DNA from: Cytophagales bacterium
GTDB lineage: Bacteria; Bacteroidota; Bacteroidia; Cytophagales; Spirosomataceae
Length of the DNA stretch: 64,000 bases
NCBI GenBank assembly: GCA_038230755.1
Contig: JBBRMP010000002.1
Coordinates: forward strand, 4,100 to 68,099
Direction of reading: 5' to 3'
Shown here: piece by piece, positions 29,728-39,244 of the stretch
How positions within the stretch are numbered: the first letter of the stretch is position 1
How the letters are laid out: every line of letters begins with the position of its first letter
Program-made: the position numbers and the translations under genes
Notes under the pieces: generated by a model
The model's database searches: none
Seen by the model: the letters and a program-made list of their open reading frames with translations, nothing else
What the model was told of the DNA's origin: nothing

Positions 29728-32013
29728 CTAATGTACCCGGATTTCATCGACAAACATGTACCCCTTATTTTTTCGGGCGAATACCCGCACGTACCGCGCC
29801 GACTGCCCGTTTAGCGGTACCAATAAATCCTGAATGACCAGCGCCGACTGCGATTCTGGAACGGTATGCTGCACCCGAACCGGCTCCGAAAACGTTTTGC
29901 CATCCGTCGAAAGTGACACCTCCAGGTAGCGGGGCATGTACACGCCGGGGCCGGTCAATTGCGTGAAACCAACCTGTACGTCGGTCAGAGGCTGTACCGT
30001 TTCCAGGTCGATGGTTACGTCCATGTTGATTCCCTCGAAGCCGAGCCACTGCTTGTCGCCGTAGGTGAATGAACCCCGGTTGCCGTTCACAAGTGTGCCG
30101 TCGCCCTGGGCGGTGTAGCTGTTAGTGTAGCGAATGGCGTAGGTAATGGGTTTGCCAATGGCTTTGTGGAAGTCGATTTCCTGCGTCGCTACCGCCCCAA
30201 TCCGGCTGGAATCGCGGAACAGAGCCGCCTGAATCGTAGCCGATTTATTCACGACAAATGGCCCCTCGTAGCGTAACGATTGAGACGTGGGCTGGCTGCC
30301 ATCGAGCGTATAACGCAACTGTGGCTGGTACTGCTCCGATTCAAATTTGACTTGCGCCGTTCGGCTGTCGGGCTGATAATCTGACTGGATTTCCAGGCTG
30401 GTGCTGGGGCGATAGTAGTTGACGTTGCGCCTTTGCAGCAGCGCGTAATGGTCCTGCAACCGCCGTTGAAAATCGGGCCACGACCGCGCCGATGAATCCG
30501 ACCACGCCACCTCCGCCAGCGCCAGCATTCGTGGAAACACCATGTACTCGACCTGCTCGGTCGTGGGGATGTATTCCGTCCAGAGGTTAGCCTGAATACC
30601 CAAAATGTAGTTGGCCTGGGCGGCAGTCAGTTCTTTATTGATGGGTTCGTAACTATACACCCGTTGCAGCGGCAGAAAACCGCCGATGGCTTCAGGCTGC
30701 GTGGTTGGATTGGCCTGGTAGCTGTCGAAATACAGGTAATTGCTGGGGGTCATAATCACACCGTGGCCTTTTTTGGCGGCTGCAATGCCCCCGCCTTCAC
30801 CCCGCCAGCTCATGACGGTGGCTCCCTCGGCCAGTGGTGCTTCGGGCGTATCGCCCTGCAAAATCTCGTCCCAGCCTACCATCTTACGGCCTTTGCCAGT
30901 CAAAAATTTATCCATCCGCCGGATGCTGTAGCTCTGTAGCGCGTGTTCATCGGCGAGGTTATGTTCCTTGATGCGGGCCTGGCATTTGGGGCAGGTTTTC
31001 CAGGATTTTGTACTGGCTTCGTCGCCACCGATGTGGATGTATTTCGACGGGAAAATAGCCAGTACTTCCGTCAGCACGTCTTCCATAAACGTGAACGTAC
31101 TGTCGTTGCCAAGGCAAAACTCACTGTTGACGTAGGGCCTGCCCGAACACGAAAGCTGCGGGTACACGGCCAGAACCTCTTCGGAATGACCCGGCATCTC
31201 AATTTCCGGGATGACGGTAATGCCCCGCCGGGCGGCATAGGCCACCAGTTCGCGGGCCTGTTCCTGCGTATAGTAGCCACCGTAGGCGTTCGGGTCACCT
31301 TCTCGGCTGTACCGGCGTGGGCTGGCCCACCATTCTTTCCAGGTCCGGTGGGTACGCCAGGCGGCCTGTTGCGTCAGAGCGGGGTATTTTTTAATCTCAA
31401 GCCGCCAGCCGGGACCGTCGGTGAGGTGCCAGTGAAACGTGTTGAGTTTGTAGAGGGCCATTAGGTCGATGTACCGCTTCACAAACGCGAGGTCGAAAAA
31501 ATGCCGCGATACGTCGAGGTGCATGCCCCGATAGCCAAAGCGTGGCTGATCTTCCAGCTCCAGCGCGGGCAGTTGCCGATTGTCGGGTTGCAAACTGGCC
31601 AATTGTAGAAGCGTCTGCATCCCACGCAACGCGCCCGCGGTGGTGGCGGCTGTGAGGTGAACGCGGTTTGGCGTGATGCGGAGTTGGTACGCTTCCTCAC
31701 TCGTGTTTTTTGGGAAAGCGTTGGTTTGCTGTTCAAACACCACCTGCGTCGGGCCGGTAGGTCTACTTTTTGTTGATAACGTACTAACTGGCATGGTCCG
31801 GCCAAAGCTCTGCTCGGCCCACAGCCGGGCCACATCGGCAAAGGCGGGCGAACTGCTGATGTGGAGGTTGGCCGTCAGCGAAAAGCTACCGGGCCGGGCG
31901 GTCATTTTGGTCGGTTGCGGAATGATCGAGCGCACCATCTGCGCCATGCCGGGTAAGTTCAGCAGGGTAACAGCCAGCAGGGATAGGGTAAAAAGTTGGA
32001 AGGTGTGTTTCAT
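29728..32013 (-). CDS. GH20 beta-N-acetylhexosaminidase with FN3-associated and F5/8-like C-terminal domains
   Basis: RGMHLDVSRH, WHLTD, EIEMPGH, HIGGDE. Confidence 0.95.
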   Translation of the reverse strand: MKHTFQLFTLSLLAVTLLNLPGMAQMVRSIIPQPTKMTARPGSFSLTANLHISSSPAFADVARLWAEQSFGRTMPVSTLSTKSRPTGPTQVVFEQQTNAFPKNTSEEAYQLRITPNRVHLTAATTAGALRGMQTLLQLASLQPDNRQLPALELEDQPRFGYRGMHLDVSRHFFDLAFVKRYIDLMALYKLNTFHWHLTDGPGWRLEIKKYPALTQQAAWRTHRTWKEWWASPRRYSREGDPNAYGGYYTQEQARELVAYAARRGITVIPEIEMPGHSEEVLAVYPQLSCSGRPYVNSEFCLGNDSTFTFMEDVLTEVLAIFPSKYIHIGGDEASTKSWKTCPKCQARIKEHNLADEHALQSYSIRRMDKFLTGKGRKMVGWDEILQGDTPEAPLAEGATVMSWRGEGGGIAAAKKGHGVIMTPSNYLYFDSYQANPTTQPEAIGGFLPLQRVYSYEPINKELTAAQANYILGIQANLWTEYIPTTEQVEYMVFPRMLALAEVAWSDSSARSWPDFQRRLQDHYALLQRRNVNYYRPSTSLEIQSDYQPDSRTAQVKFESEQYQPQLRYTLDGSQPTSQSLRYEGPFVVNKSATIQAALFRDSSRIGAVATQEIDFHKAIGKPITYAIRYTNSYTAQGDGTLVNGNRGSFTYGDKQWLGFEGINMDVTIDLETVQPLTDVQVGFTQLTGPGVYMPRYLEVSLSTDGKTFSEPVRVQHTVPESQSALVIQDLLVPLNGQSARYVRVFARKNKGYMFVDEIRVH

Positions 32014-32042
32014 AACGGGGCTCTTTTGGGTTAGCAAACAGG

Positions 32043-32154
32043 TTTTAACACAGAGAAACAGAGGTTTCACGGAGTTTACAGAGGAACAAAGTGCTTCTAA
32101 TCCGCACTACGTATCTCCGCTTCTATGTGAAATCTCTGTTCCTCTGTGTTAAAA
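32043..32154. repeat. cacagag-type periodic palindrome
   Basis: ttttaacacagagaaacagag ... ctctgttcctctgtgttaaaa. Confidence 0.8.
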
Positions 32155-32167
32155 AAGCTTCGTCAGA

Positions 32168-33985
32168 CTACTTATTATCCCACCAGATACGTCCCTTTGT
32201 ATCGACGTTGCTGGCCCCGTAGGCGGGGTCTTTGGTTTTCTGGGCGTCTACCGCTTTGTTGAAGTTTTCCTGGTTCTGCGGCTGGGGCGTAGGCAGGGCC
32301 ATCCGGCGCGGAATCAGCAGATTGAGCGAACCGTTCCAAAGATTTTCCATGTAGGCAATACCCGTACCATCACCGATTTTGGACGGCTGACCAGCGCGAT
32401 AATCCACGAACTGCGGATAGCCGGTGCGCTTCCACATGGCCCAGGCCTCTTCCGGCACCGTCAGGAAGTTGACCCACGCCTGCGCGTAAATGCTCGGCAG
32501 ACCCTTGTACGGATAGCGCGTCAGGTAATCGCCAAAGGTTGTGGCAGCCGCATTAGGGACGCCCGTGGCTACGGCGAAATCTTTGTAGTAGTTGAACGAG
32601 GCCGTAACGCCGTCGTTGTACCACATCTCCGCCGACTTGCCCAGTCCATTGCCGCCCTTGGCCGCAATCTCGGCCATCATCAGGGCCGCATCGGCGTAGG
32701 TCAGGAACGGCGTGCGAATTTTGATAGTCGAACCATCCACCACCGTCTCGTCGTCGTGCACACCCGCGTCGCCCGATGTTTTGAAGCCACCGTTTTTCAG
32801 GAACAGCCGCGTCTGGATGTTTGAGAGGTAATTGAGCGTTTGCGACGGACCGGTTTTCACACCCAGCGTAACCACCCGCGATTTGCCCAGTAACCCATAC
32901 ACGCCATCGGTCGAGGCCGGAAATACGTGCTTACCCCAGTACCGTACCGATGATTCGGGCATGTTGAGTAACGACTGCGTTTCGGTGGTGGCGTTGGCCT
33001 TTACGGTGCGGTAGCGGCTGTAGTTTGGACCGAAATCGTTTTCGCGCAGCATAAACGCCACGCGCGGGTCTTTGGTCGATTTCAGGAACTCCACGAACGG
33101 GTAAGCTGCCGTGTACTGAAGCAGCAGGGCATTGATATCGTCGAGGTTGTTGTTCCAGTCGCGCAGGTTGCTGTAGCCAAACGATTCGGCGTTGCTGCTG
33201 ATGATCTGTCCGTTGAAATTGGTCGCGATATCGGTCAGCACGGCGGTCAGATTGGCGGCATCGCGGCTTTCGTAGCGCTGGGCAATCCGAATGCGCAGGG
33301 TGTTGGCAAACTTCAGCCACTTGGCTACGTCGCCCTGGTAGAAAAAGTCCTGCTGACCAAGACTGATTTGGTTGGCCGGGGGCGTTTTCAGGACGGTCGC
33401 CGACTCCTTCAGTTGCTGGTCAAATACCTTGTACAGCTCCCAGTTATAGTCGTAGGCAGGCAGCGGAAACTTGTCGTTCTGGAACGCCTGACTGTACGGC
33501 ATGGCCCCGTAAATGTCAGCCACGCGCCACGCCTGGAACGTATCCAGGATTTTGGTGATGGCCCGGATGGCGATGTACGTCTGCTTCTGGTCGGCGGGCA
33601 GCTCGTCGATCAGGCTGATCATCCGGTTCAGGTCGCGGCCCGTTGAGCTGTAGTAGTCCCCGTAGTAGTTCAGCCCCGGCGACGGCGATGCTGTTTGGGT
33701 CGGATTGGCGTAGGTTCCTTCGAGGCCTTCTCTGGAAGCCCCGTCGGCCACTACGTACTGCATGTACGTCATCACCCCGCCGTAGCGGGCAATCAGTTGG
33801 GAGCGGCCCGGCAGGTTGAAGTTCAGCGTGGCGTTTGTGAACAGGTATTCGGGCCGCGACTCGTTCAACTGGTTCGGATTCGTATTAATTTCCTGCAACT
33901 GTTCTTTGCAGGACTGCGTGGTCAGCAGGGCCGCGGTCAGCACCAGACTCTTCAGCAGACTTGTATGTTTTTTCATGAGTTCCAT
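32168..33985 (-). CDS. SusD/RagB-like lipoprotein
   Basis: Lipobox QSC, INTNPN, YGAMPYSQA, EAWAMWKRTGYP, IWWD; downstream of SusC. Confidence 0.92.
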   Translation of the reverse strand: MELMKKHTSLLKSLVLTAALLTTQSCKEQLQEINTNPNQLNESRPEYLFTNATLNFNLPGRSQLIARYGGVMTYMQYVVADGASREGLEGTYANPTQTASPSPGLNYYGDYYSSTGRDLNRMISLIDELPADQKQTYIAIRAITKILDTFQAWRVADIYGAMPYSQAFQNDKFPLPAYDYNWELYKVFDQQLKESATVLKTPPANQISLGQQDFFYQGDVAKWLKFANTLRIRIAQRYESRDAANLTAVLTDIATNFNGQIISSNAESFGYSNLRDWNNNLDDINALLLQYTAAYPFVEFLKSTKDPRVAFMLRENDFGPNYSRYRTVKANATTETQSLLNMPESSVRYWGKHVFPASTDGVYGLLGKSRVVTLGVKTGPSQTLNYLSNIQTRLFLKNGGFKTSGDAGVHDDETVVDGSTIKIRTPFLTYADAALMMAEIAAKGGNGLGKSAEMWYNDGVTASFNYYKDFAVATGVPNAAATTFGDYLTRYPYKGLPSIYAQAWVNFLTVPEEAWAMWKRTGYPQFVDYRAGQPSKIGDGTGIAYMENLWNGSLNLLIPRRMALPTPQPQNQENFNKAVDAQKTKDPAYGASNVDTKGRIWWDNK

Positions 33986-33995
33986 GAGCGGCTAT

Positions 33996-36900
33996 TTAGA
34001 ATGACAGGTTGATGGACGCCGAGAGGTTGCGCGTGAACGGTACCCCACCCGTAATGACCGGCTGAAGCGGGTTGTTGCCGTTGATCGACTCCGGGTTCTG
34101 ACCGGCGTTGAGGCCGTTGTAGAGGTAAACGATGTTCCGGCCCGTAAACCGCAGCGATGCATCCTTTACCCGAATCCGGTTCAGCAGCGTTTGCGGCAAC
34201 CGGTACGAGACCGTAATCTCGCGCAGCATCACCCACGTATTGTCTGTTACCGACCCGTTGAAATTCAGGTTGGTACCGAAGCCGTAGGTGTTCTGGTAGT
34301 AGTTGATGGCTTTCCAGGGTTCTACCAGCCCCTGATCGAAGGCCTGCCGGAAGGTCAAGCCGCTGATGTCGGCCCCGGTGATGGGACTTTTCTGCCCCTT
34401 GTCAAATACCGCATCGGGAATAACGCCGTCGTAGACTTTTTCTTCGGTGTAGGAATCAGTGCGGGATACCCCCCCGTTGGCCTGATCGCGGTACTTCAGC
34501 GAGGCCAGCGGTGTGCCCCGGCCCATGCCGTAGTTGTACGATTCCGAGTAGACTTTACCCCCCACGCGCGAGTCGATCTGGGCATACAGCGACCAGTTCT
34601 TGTAACGCAGCGACGTATTAAAACCAGCCAGGAACGTCGGCTGTACGTTGCCGATGGGATACCGGGCTTCGGGCGTTTGCTGGTACACGTAGCTGTAGGA
34701 CGGCACGCTGTATTTGGTGTCCGGGTCAGTACTGACCGCGCGTGGATTGGCGCGTAGCAGCGGTAAACCGGTTTTTTCGTCGAGAGACGCATAGGCTCCG
34801 TTTCCGTTGGCTTCGGCGGTCATCACGCCAAACGCGCCACCTTCATAGGCGTAGACACTGGCCCCATCGTAGTTATTCATCAGCGCGTATTGCGTAATGC
34901 CTTCGGCAAACTTGACAATCTTGCCCCGGTTGCGGGTGAAGTTCATCGACACGTCCCAGGTCAGTTTGTTTGTTTTAATGGGCGACGCATTGAGCAGAAC
35001 CTCGATACCCTCGTTCTGAATGTTGCCCGCGTTGATTCTGACGTCGTTATACCCAGTTTCGCTCACACCCGGCAGGGTCAGAATCTGATTGAACGTATTG
35101 GTACGGTAGTAGGCGAAGTCCAGGATAATCCGGTCTTTCAAAAAGCCCAGGTTGGTACCCAGTTCGATGGCCCGCTGAATTTCCGGTTTCAGGTTGGTAT
35201 TGGGCCGTACCGACGCGTTTTGCAGCGACGAAGTTGGGATGGAATTGCCGTTCTGGTCAAATACCACGTTGGGCAGGTAGCCCTGGAAACTGGTGGCGTA
35301 GGGATCGGTACCCGACCCAACAAAGGCCAGCGACGCCCGCAACCGACCCGACGACAGCCAGTTAGTAGTTGGTTTGAGGTGGTCGAAGAACGAGTACGCT
35401 ACGTTGGTAGATGGATAAAACACCGAGTAGTTGTTCTCGCCCACAAAACCTGCTGGATAGGTCAGGGATGATACCCAGTCGTTTCGGCCCGTAATCTCGA
35501 CGTTCAGGTAATCTTTGTAGTTCAGGTTCAGCAAACCCGCCAGACCATATACCCGGCTCGATGGCCGCGCAAAGCCGTAGTCGATATTGCCGGGATTGAT
35601 GGTATTCAGCACCGAGTTGCCCAGCACAAACTGGTTCGGCACGATGAGGCCACCGCGGGTGCTTCGGCTGTAATTCTCCTGGAAGCTATTCCCGTAAATC
35701 TCGCTGAGGACCCGGAAGTCGATGTTAAGGTCGGGGGAGACCTGCTTCACGGCGTGGGCCGAGAACAGGGCGTTGTAATTGCCCTTGTAGCTGCCGTCCT
35801 GGCCGAACGAGCCACCTTTACCGCCCGCACCACTGCCCCGCTCCTGTGTTTCGGTCTGGATTTTATAGAAGTTGTAGTTGCCCCGTGCACTCAGATCGAG
35901 CCAGGGCGTTACCTGTGCTTTCAGGGTCAGGTTGGCCAGCAGCGAGTTCTCGTTCCGCACCTGATTCCGGTTGTCAAACCGGTTGAAGAGTGAGTTCACC
36001 TGATTGTCCCACAGGCTGTAGCCATAGCTGCGCAATGAGCCGTCGGGGTTGCGGTAATCCTGCCGCCACGCGTCGAGGTTGGCGTTCCGGGGTACGGCGT
36101 AGTAGGTCATGAAGCCCACGTTGGTACCGCCGGGCCAGTCGTAGCGACCCTGCGCAAAGCCGTTGGTGGTGGCCGAACCGGCGTAGTTGATGCCCATCTC
36201 AATCGAGAAAACGTTGTTGAGCTGTCCCGTCGTTTTGAAGTCGACAGCGTTCCGTTTCAGGCTGTTGTTGACCAGCGTACCTTTGTTTTGGGTGTTGGTG
36301 TAGGCCAGCCGGTACGTGAACTTGTCGCTGCCCCCACTCAGGGCAATGCTGTTGTTGATGAAGTTGCCGGTCTGGAAAAACGTCCGCCAGTTGTCGGGCT
36401 GGGCTATGTACGGTTCCATGATGCTGGGGTTGTAGATAGCCGGAATCTGACGACCGTCAAACCGGGGTCCGAAACTGATGGACGTTGTGGTGTTGGTGTT
36501 GTTGGGGCGAAAGTGTCCCTCGCGGAAGATGTTGCCCGCGCCGTACTCGTTCTGAAGCGGAATGGAGTTCTCGTAGGGCGTTGTTGTCTGATACGTCGAG
36601 TTGAACTCGATGCCCAGCCCCTGGTTCCGGGTCCCTTTTTTAGACGTAATCACGATGGCCCCGTTGATACCCCGCGACCCATAGACCGACGTAGCAGCCG
36701 CGCCTTTCAGCACGGTAATAGACTCGTAATTGTCGGGGTTGAGGTTCTTGAGCTGCGAGCCGTAGTCGGTGCCATTGTCCGCGCCGGTCACGTTGTTTTC
36801 GAGCACAATGCCGTCGATGACAAAAATGGGCTGGTTGTTTTTAGTCAGCGACGTTGCGCCCCGAATCTGGATGCTCGGCGAGGTCTGCACCCCCGACGCA

Positions 36901-37403
36901 CCCATCACGTTGACGTTCACGCCCGCTACCTTGCCCTGCAACGCCGTAATGGGGTTGATGGTGTTGGTGCGCTCGATTTCGGTAGACTTTACCGTCGTGA
37001 CGGAGTAGCCGAGTTTACGGTCGCTCTTGGCGATGCCGAGAGCCGTTACCACCACTTCGTTCAGGCTTTGCGCATCGGGGGCCAGTGTTACGTTAATGAT
37101 CGAGCGGTTGCCAATGGCCACATCCTGCGATACATACCCGATAAATGATATAACCAGGGTCTCATTGCCCGATGGTACGTTCAGCGTGTAGTTGCCGTCG
37201 GCGTCGGTTTGCGTACCGGTTGCGGTGCCCTTAATAACCACGTTGGCCCCCGGTACCGCCTGATTGCTCGGCGACTCAATTATCCGGCCCGTTACGGCCT
37301 TCGGCGTGGTCTGGGCCACTATGTTCAGCGACAGCAGCAAACCCGTCAGCAGGGGCAGCCATCCCAACCAGCGTTGGTTAGTATGTAAAAAATGTGCTTC
37401 CAT
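33996..37403 (-). CDS. SusC/RagA TonB-dependent transporter
   Basis: EVVVTALGI, LKGAAATSVYGSRG, LKPE, C-terminal F. Confidence 0.96.
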   Translation of the reverse strand: MEAHFLHTNQRWLGWLPLLTGLLLSLNIVAQTTPKAVTGRIIESPSNQAVPGANVVIKGTATGTQTDADGNYTLNVPSGNETLVISFIGYVSQDVAIGNRSIINVTLAPDAQSLNEVVVTALGIAKSDRKLGYSVTTVKSTEIERTNTINPITALQGKVAGVNVNVMGASGVQTSPSIQIRGATSLTKNNQPIFVIDGIVLENNVTGADNGTDYGSQLKNLNPDNYESITVLKGAAATSVYGSRGINGAIVITSKKGTRNQGLGIEFNSTYQTTTPYENSIPLQNEYGAGNIFREGHFRPNNTNTTTSISFGPRFDGRQIPAIYNPSIMEPYIAQPDNWRTFFQTGNFINNSIALSGGSDKFTYRLAYTNTQNKGTLVNNSLKRNAVDFKTTGQLNNVFSIEMGINYAGSATTNGFAQGRYDWPGGTNVGFMTYYAVPRNANLDAWRQDYRNPDGSLRSYGYSLWDNQVNSLFNRFDNRNQVRNENSLLANLTLKAQVTPWLDLSARGNYNFYKIQTETQERGSGAGGKGGSFGQDGSYKGNYNALFSAHAVKQVSPDLNIDFRVLSEIYGNSFQENYSRSTRGGLIVPNQFVLGNSVLNTINPGNIDYGFARPSSRVYGLAGLLNLNYKDYLNVEITGRNDWVSSLTYPAGFVGENNYSVFYPSTNVAYSFFDHLKPTTNWLSSGRLRASLAFVGSGTDPYATSFQGYLPNVVFDQNGNSIPTSSLQNASVRPNTNLKPEIQRAIELGTNLGFLKDRIILDFAYYRTNTFNQILTLPGVSETGYNDVRINAGNIQNEGIEVLLNASPIKTNKLTWDVSMNFTRNRGKIVKFAEGITQYALMNNYDGASVYAYEGGAFGVMTAEANGNGAYASLDEKTGLPLLRANPRAVSTDPDTKYSVPSYSYVYQQTPEARYPIGNVQPTFLAGFNTSLRYKNWSLYAQIDSRVGGKVYSESYNYGMGRGTPLASLKYRDQANGGVSRTDSYTEEKVYDGVIPDAVFDKGQKSPITGADISGLTFRQAFDQGLVEPWKAINYYQNTYGFGTNLNFNGSVTDNTWVMLREITVSYRLPQTLLNRIRVKDASLRFTGRNIVYLYNGLNAGQNPESINGNNPLQPVITGGVPFTRNLSASINLSF

Positions 37404-37453
37404 ACATCATACTTGTTTAAATGAGAAAATGCTTATTTTGTGAAATAGTGAGA

Positions 37454-37461
37454 CAAAAATA
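37454..37461 (-). promoter_or_regulatory. -7 promoter element for susC
   Basis: TATTTTTG in AT-rich DNA 50 bp upstream of the start. Confidence 0.5.
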
Positions 37462-37533
37462 GAATATTAGTCAATATTTACGCTTATTAAGGCTAATTTA
37501 TTTATTTTTAGGTCATACATAATCTGACAAAAT

Positions 37534-37590
37534 ACATCGGGCGAAGCCCGAGTCAATCCATTTGGGTTTCACTCAGACTTCGCCCGATGT
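37534..37590. terminator. Stem-loop after the sulfatase gene
   Basis: acatcgggcgaag ... cttcgcccgatgt, 13-bp perfect stem. Confidence 0.7.
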
Positions 37591-37611
37591 GTTGCTTACC
37601 ATTACGTCAAA

Positions 37612-39174
37612 TCAGTTCGTGCCGTCGGTAAACAGGGCCAGGGCTTCGTCGTCTTTCTGTCGCTCAATCTCACTTTTCAACTGATTTTTCAGGTCAGCGG
37701 TGATTTTCTCGTAGCCTTTTTTGCCGTAGAGATTCGTCAGGTTGTGCGGGTCCTTCTGGATGTCGTACAGCTCCCAGAAGCTGGCGGGGCCGTAGAACCG
37801 GGCCAGTGTGTAACGCGCCGTGCGCAGGCCGAAATGCGGATAGACGTGGTGGTCAACGGGGTACTCGTAATAATGGTAATACGCCCCGTTGCGCATGGTT
37901 TTTTTCTCGCCCGTCAGCAGCGGCAGAAACGATTGCCCCGCCATATAGTCCGGCGTGGCGGTACTAGCCAGATTGAGTAGCGTAGGTGCCCAGTCCACGT
38001 TGGAAACTAGCCCCTGCACCTTCATGCCGGGCTTCACTACGCCCGGATAGCGGATGATAAACGGCGTTTTCAGCGACTCTTCGTAAATAAACCGCTTGTC
38101 GAACCAGCCGTGCTCACCGAGGTAAAAGCCCTGGTCGGAGGCGTAGATGACCACCGTATTTTTGGCCAGCCCCGACGTATCCAGGTAATCCAGCAGCTTG
38201 CCGATATTGCGGTCCATCGAGTTAGCCGTAGCCAGGTAATCGCGCATATACCGCTGGTATTTCCACTCCACCAGAGCCTTTCCGCTTAGCTTTTTCTCGT
38301 CAAATTCCCGGCTTACCTTCTTCTCGTAGTAGTCGTACAGAGCTGCTTTCTGTTCGGGCGACAGCCGCTTCATGCTCTCGTAGTTCATGTGCACTTTCAG
38401 ATCTTCTTTCAGACGCATCGTTTTGTCGATGGTCATGTCCTGATCTTTGGCAGCCGGGCGGCCCGCGTAGTCGTCGTAAAAGGTGGGCGGCACCGGAAAC
38501 GTTACGTTGTCGTAGGCTCCCAAATCTTCGACAGCCGGCATCCAGACCCGGTGTGTTGCTTTGTGGCCCACCACCAGCATAAACGGCTTCGACGGGTCGC
38601 GTTGCGCCAGCCACTCGGTCGAGAGTTGCGTAACTACGTCGGTAACGTAGCCCGGATGGCGGGTTGTTTTATTCTGCGAATCGATAAAGTCGGGGTTGTA
38701 ATAATCCCCCTGACCGGGAAGCACGTTCAGGTGGTCGAACCCGTTGGGCAGTGCGCCGAGGTGCATTTTCCCAATCCAGGCCGTCTGATAACCATTTTTC
38801 TGGAGGTCTTCGGCAAAGACGGGCTGGTTGACGTTGAAGACGGTCCCACCCTCGTTTGTTTTATACCCGTTCTGATGGCTGTATTTCCCGGTCATCAGCG
38901 TGGCCCGGCTCGGCCCGCAAATGGAATTGGCCACGACATTGTTGTAAAGAATGGCCCCTTCCCGCGCCAGCCGGTCGATGTTGGGCGTCTTGGACAGCCG
39001 ATTTCCGTAGGCGCCGATGGCCTGCTGGGTGTGGTCGTCGGAGATGACGAAAATAATGTTAGGTCGCGTCGGTGCTGCCTGTATTGGGGGCTTTGGCGTC
39101 AGCCCCGCCGAGAAGAGGAGCAACGCACCCGTACCAACCAAAGTCAGGGAAGCCGGAAGGATTTTTTTACGCAT
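37612..39174 (-). CDS. Cys-type S1 sulfatase, probably GlcNAc-6-O-sulfatase-like
   Basis: SDDH, SICGPSRATLMTG (CxPxR), GKMHL, SDQGFYLGEHGWFDKR. Confidence 0.9.
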   Translation of the reverse strand: MRKKILPASLTLVGTGALLLFSAGLTPKPPIQAAPTRPNIIFVISDDHTQQAIGAYGNRLSKTPNIDRLAREGAILYNNVVANSICGPSRATLMTGKYSHQNGYKTNEGGTVFNVNQPVFAEDLQKNGYQTAWIGKMHLGALPNGFDHLNVLPGQGDYYNPDFIDSQNKTTRHPGYVTDVVTQLSTEWLAQRDPSKPFMLVVGHKATHRVWMPAVEDLGAYDNVTFPVPPTFYDDYAGRPAAKDQDMTIDKTMRLKEDLKVHMNYESMKRLSPEQKAALYDYYEKKVSREFDEKKLSGKALVEWKYQRYMRDYLATANSMDRNIGKLLDYLDTSGLAKNTVVIYASDQGFYLGEHGWFDKRFIYEESLKTPFIIRYPGVVKPGMKVQGLVSNVDWAPTLLNLASTATPDYMAGQSFLPLLTGEKKTMRNGAYYHYYEYPVDHHVYPHFGLRTARYTLARFYGPASFWELYDIQKDPHNLTNLYGKKGYEKITADLKNQLKSEIERQKDDEALALFTDGTN

Positions 39175-39210
39175 GATTTCAAAAGGCAAGGGTTTAGGAC
39201 TCGGTATTTA

Positions 39211-39242
39211 TTGTAGCCCGGACCTCCACGTCCGGGCTACAA
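39211..39242. repeat. GTAG-type REP-like hairpin
   Basis: ttGTAGcccggac-ctccac-gtccggg CTACaa. Confidence 0.65.
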
Positions 39243-39244
39243 CG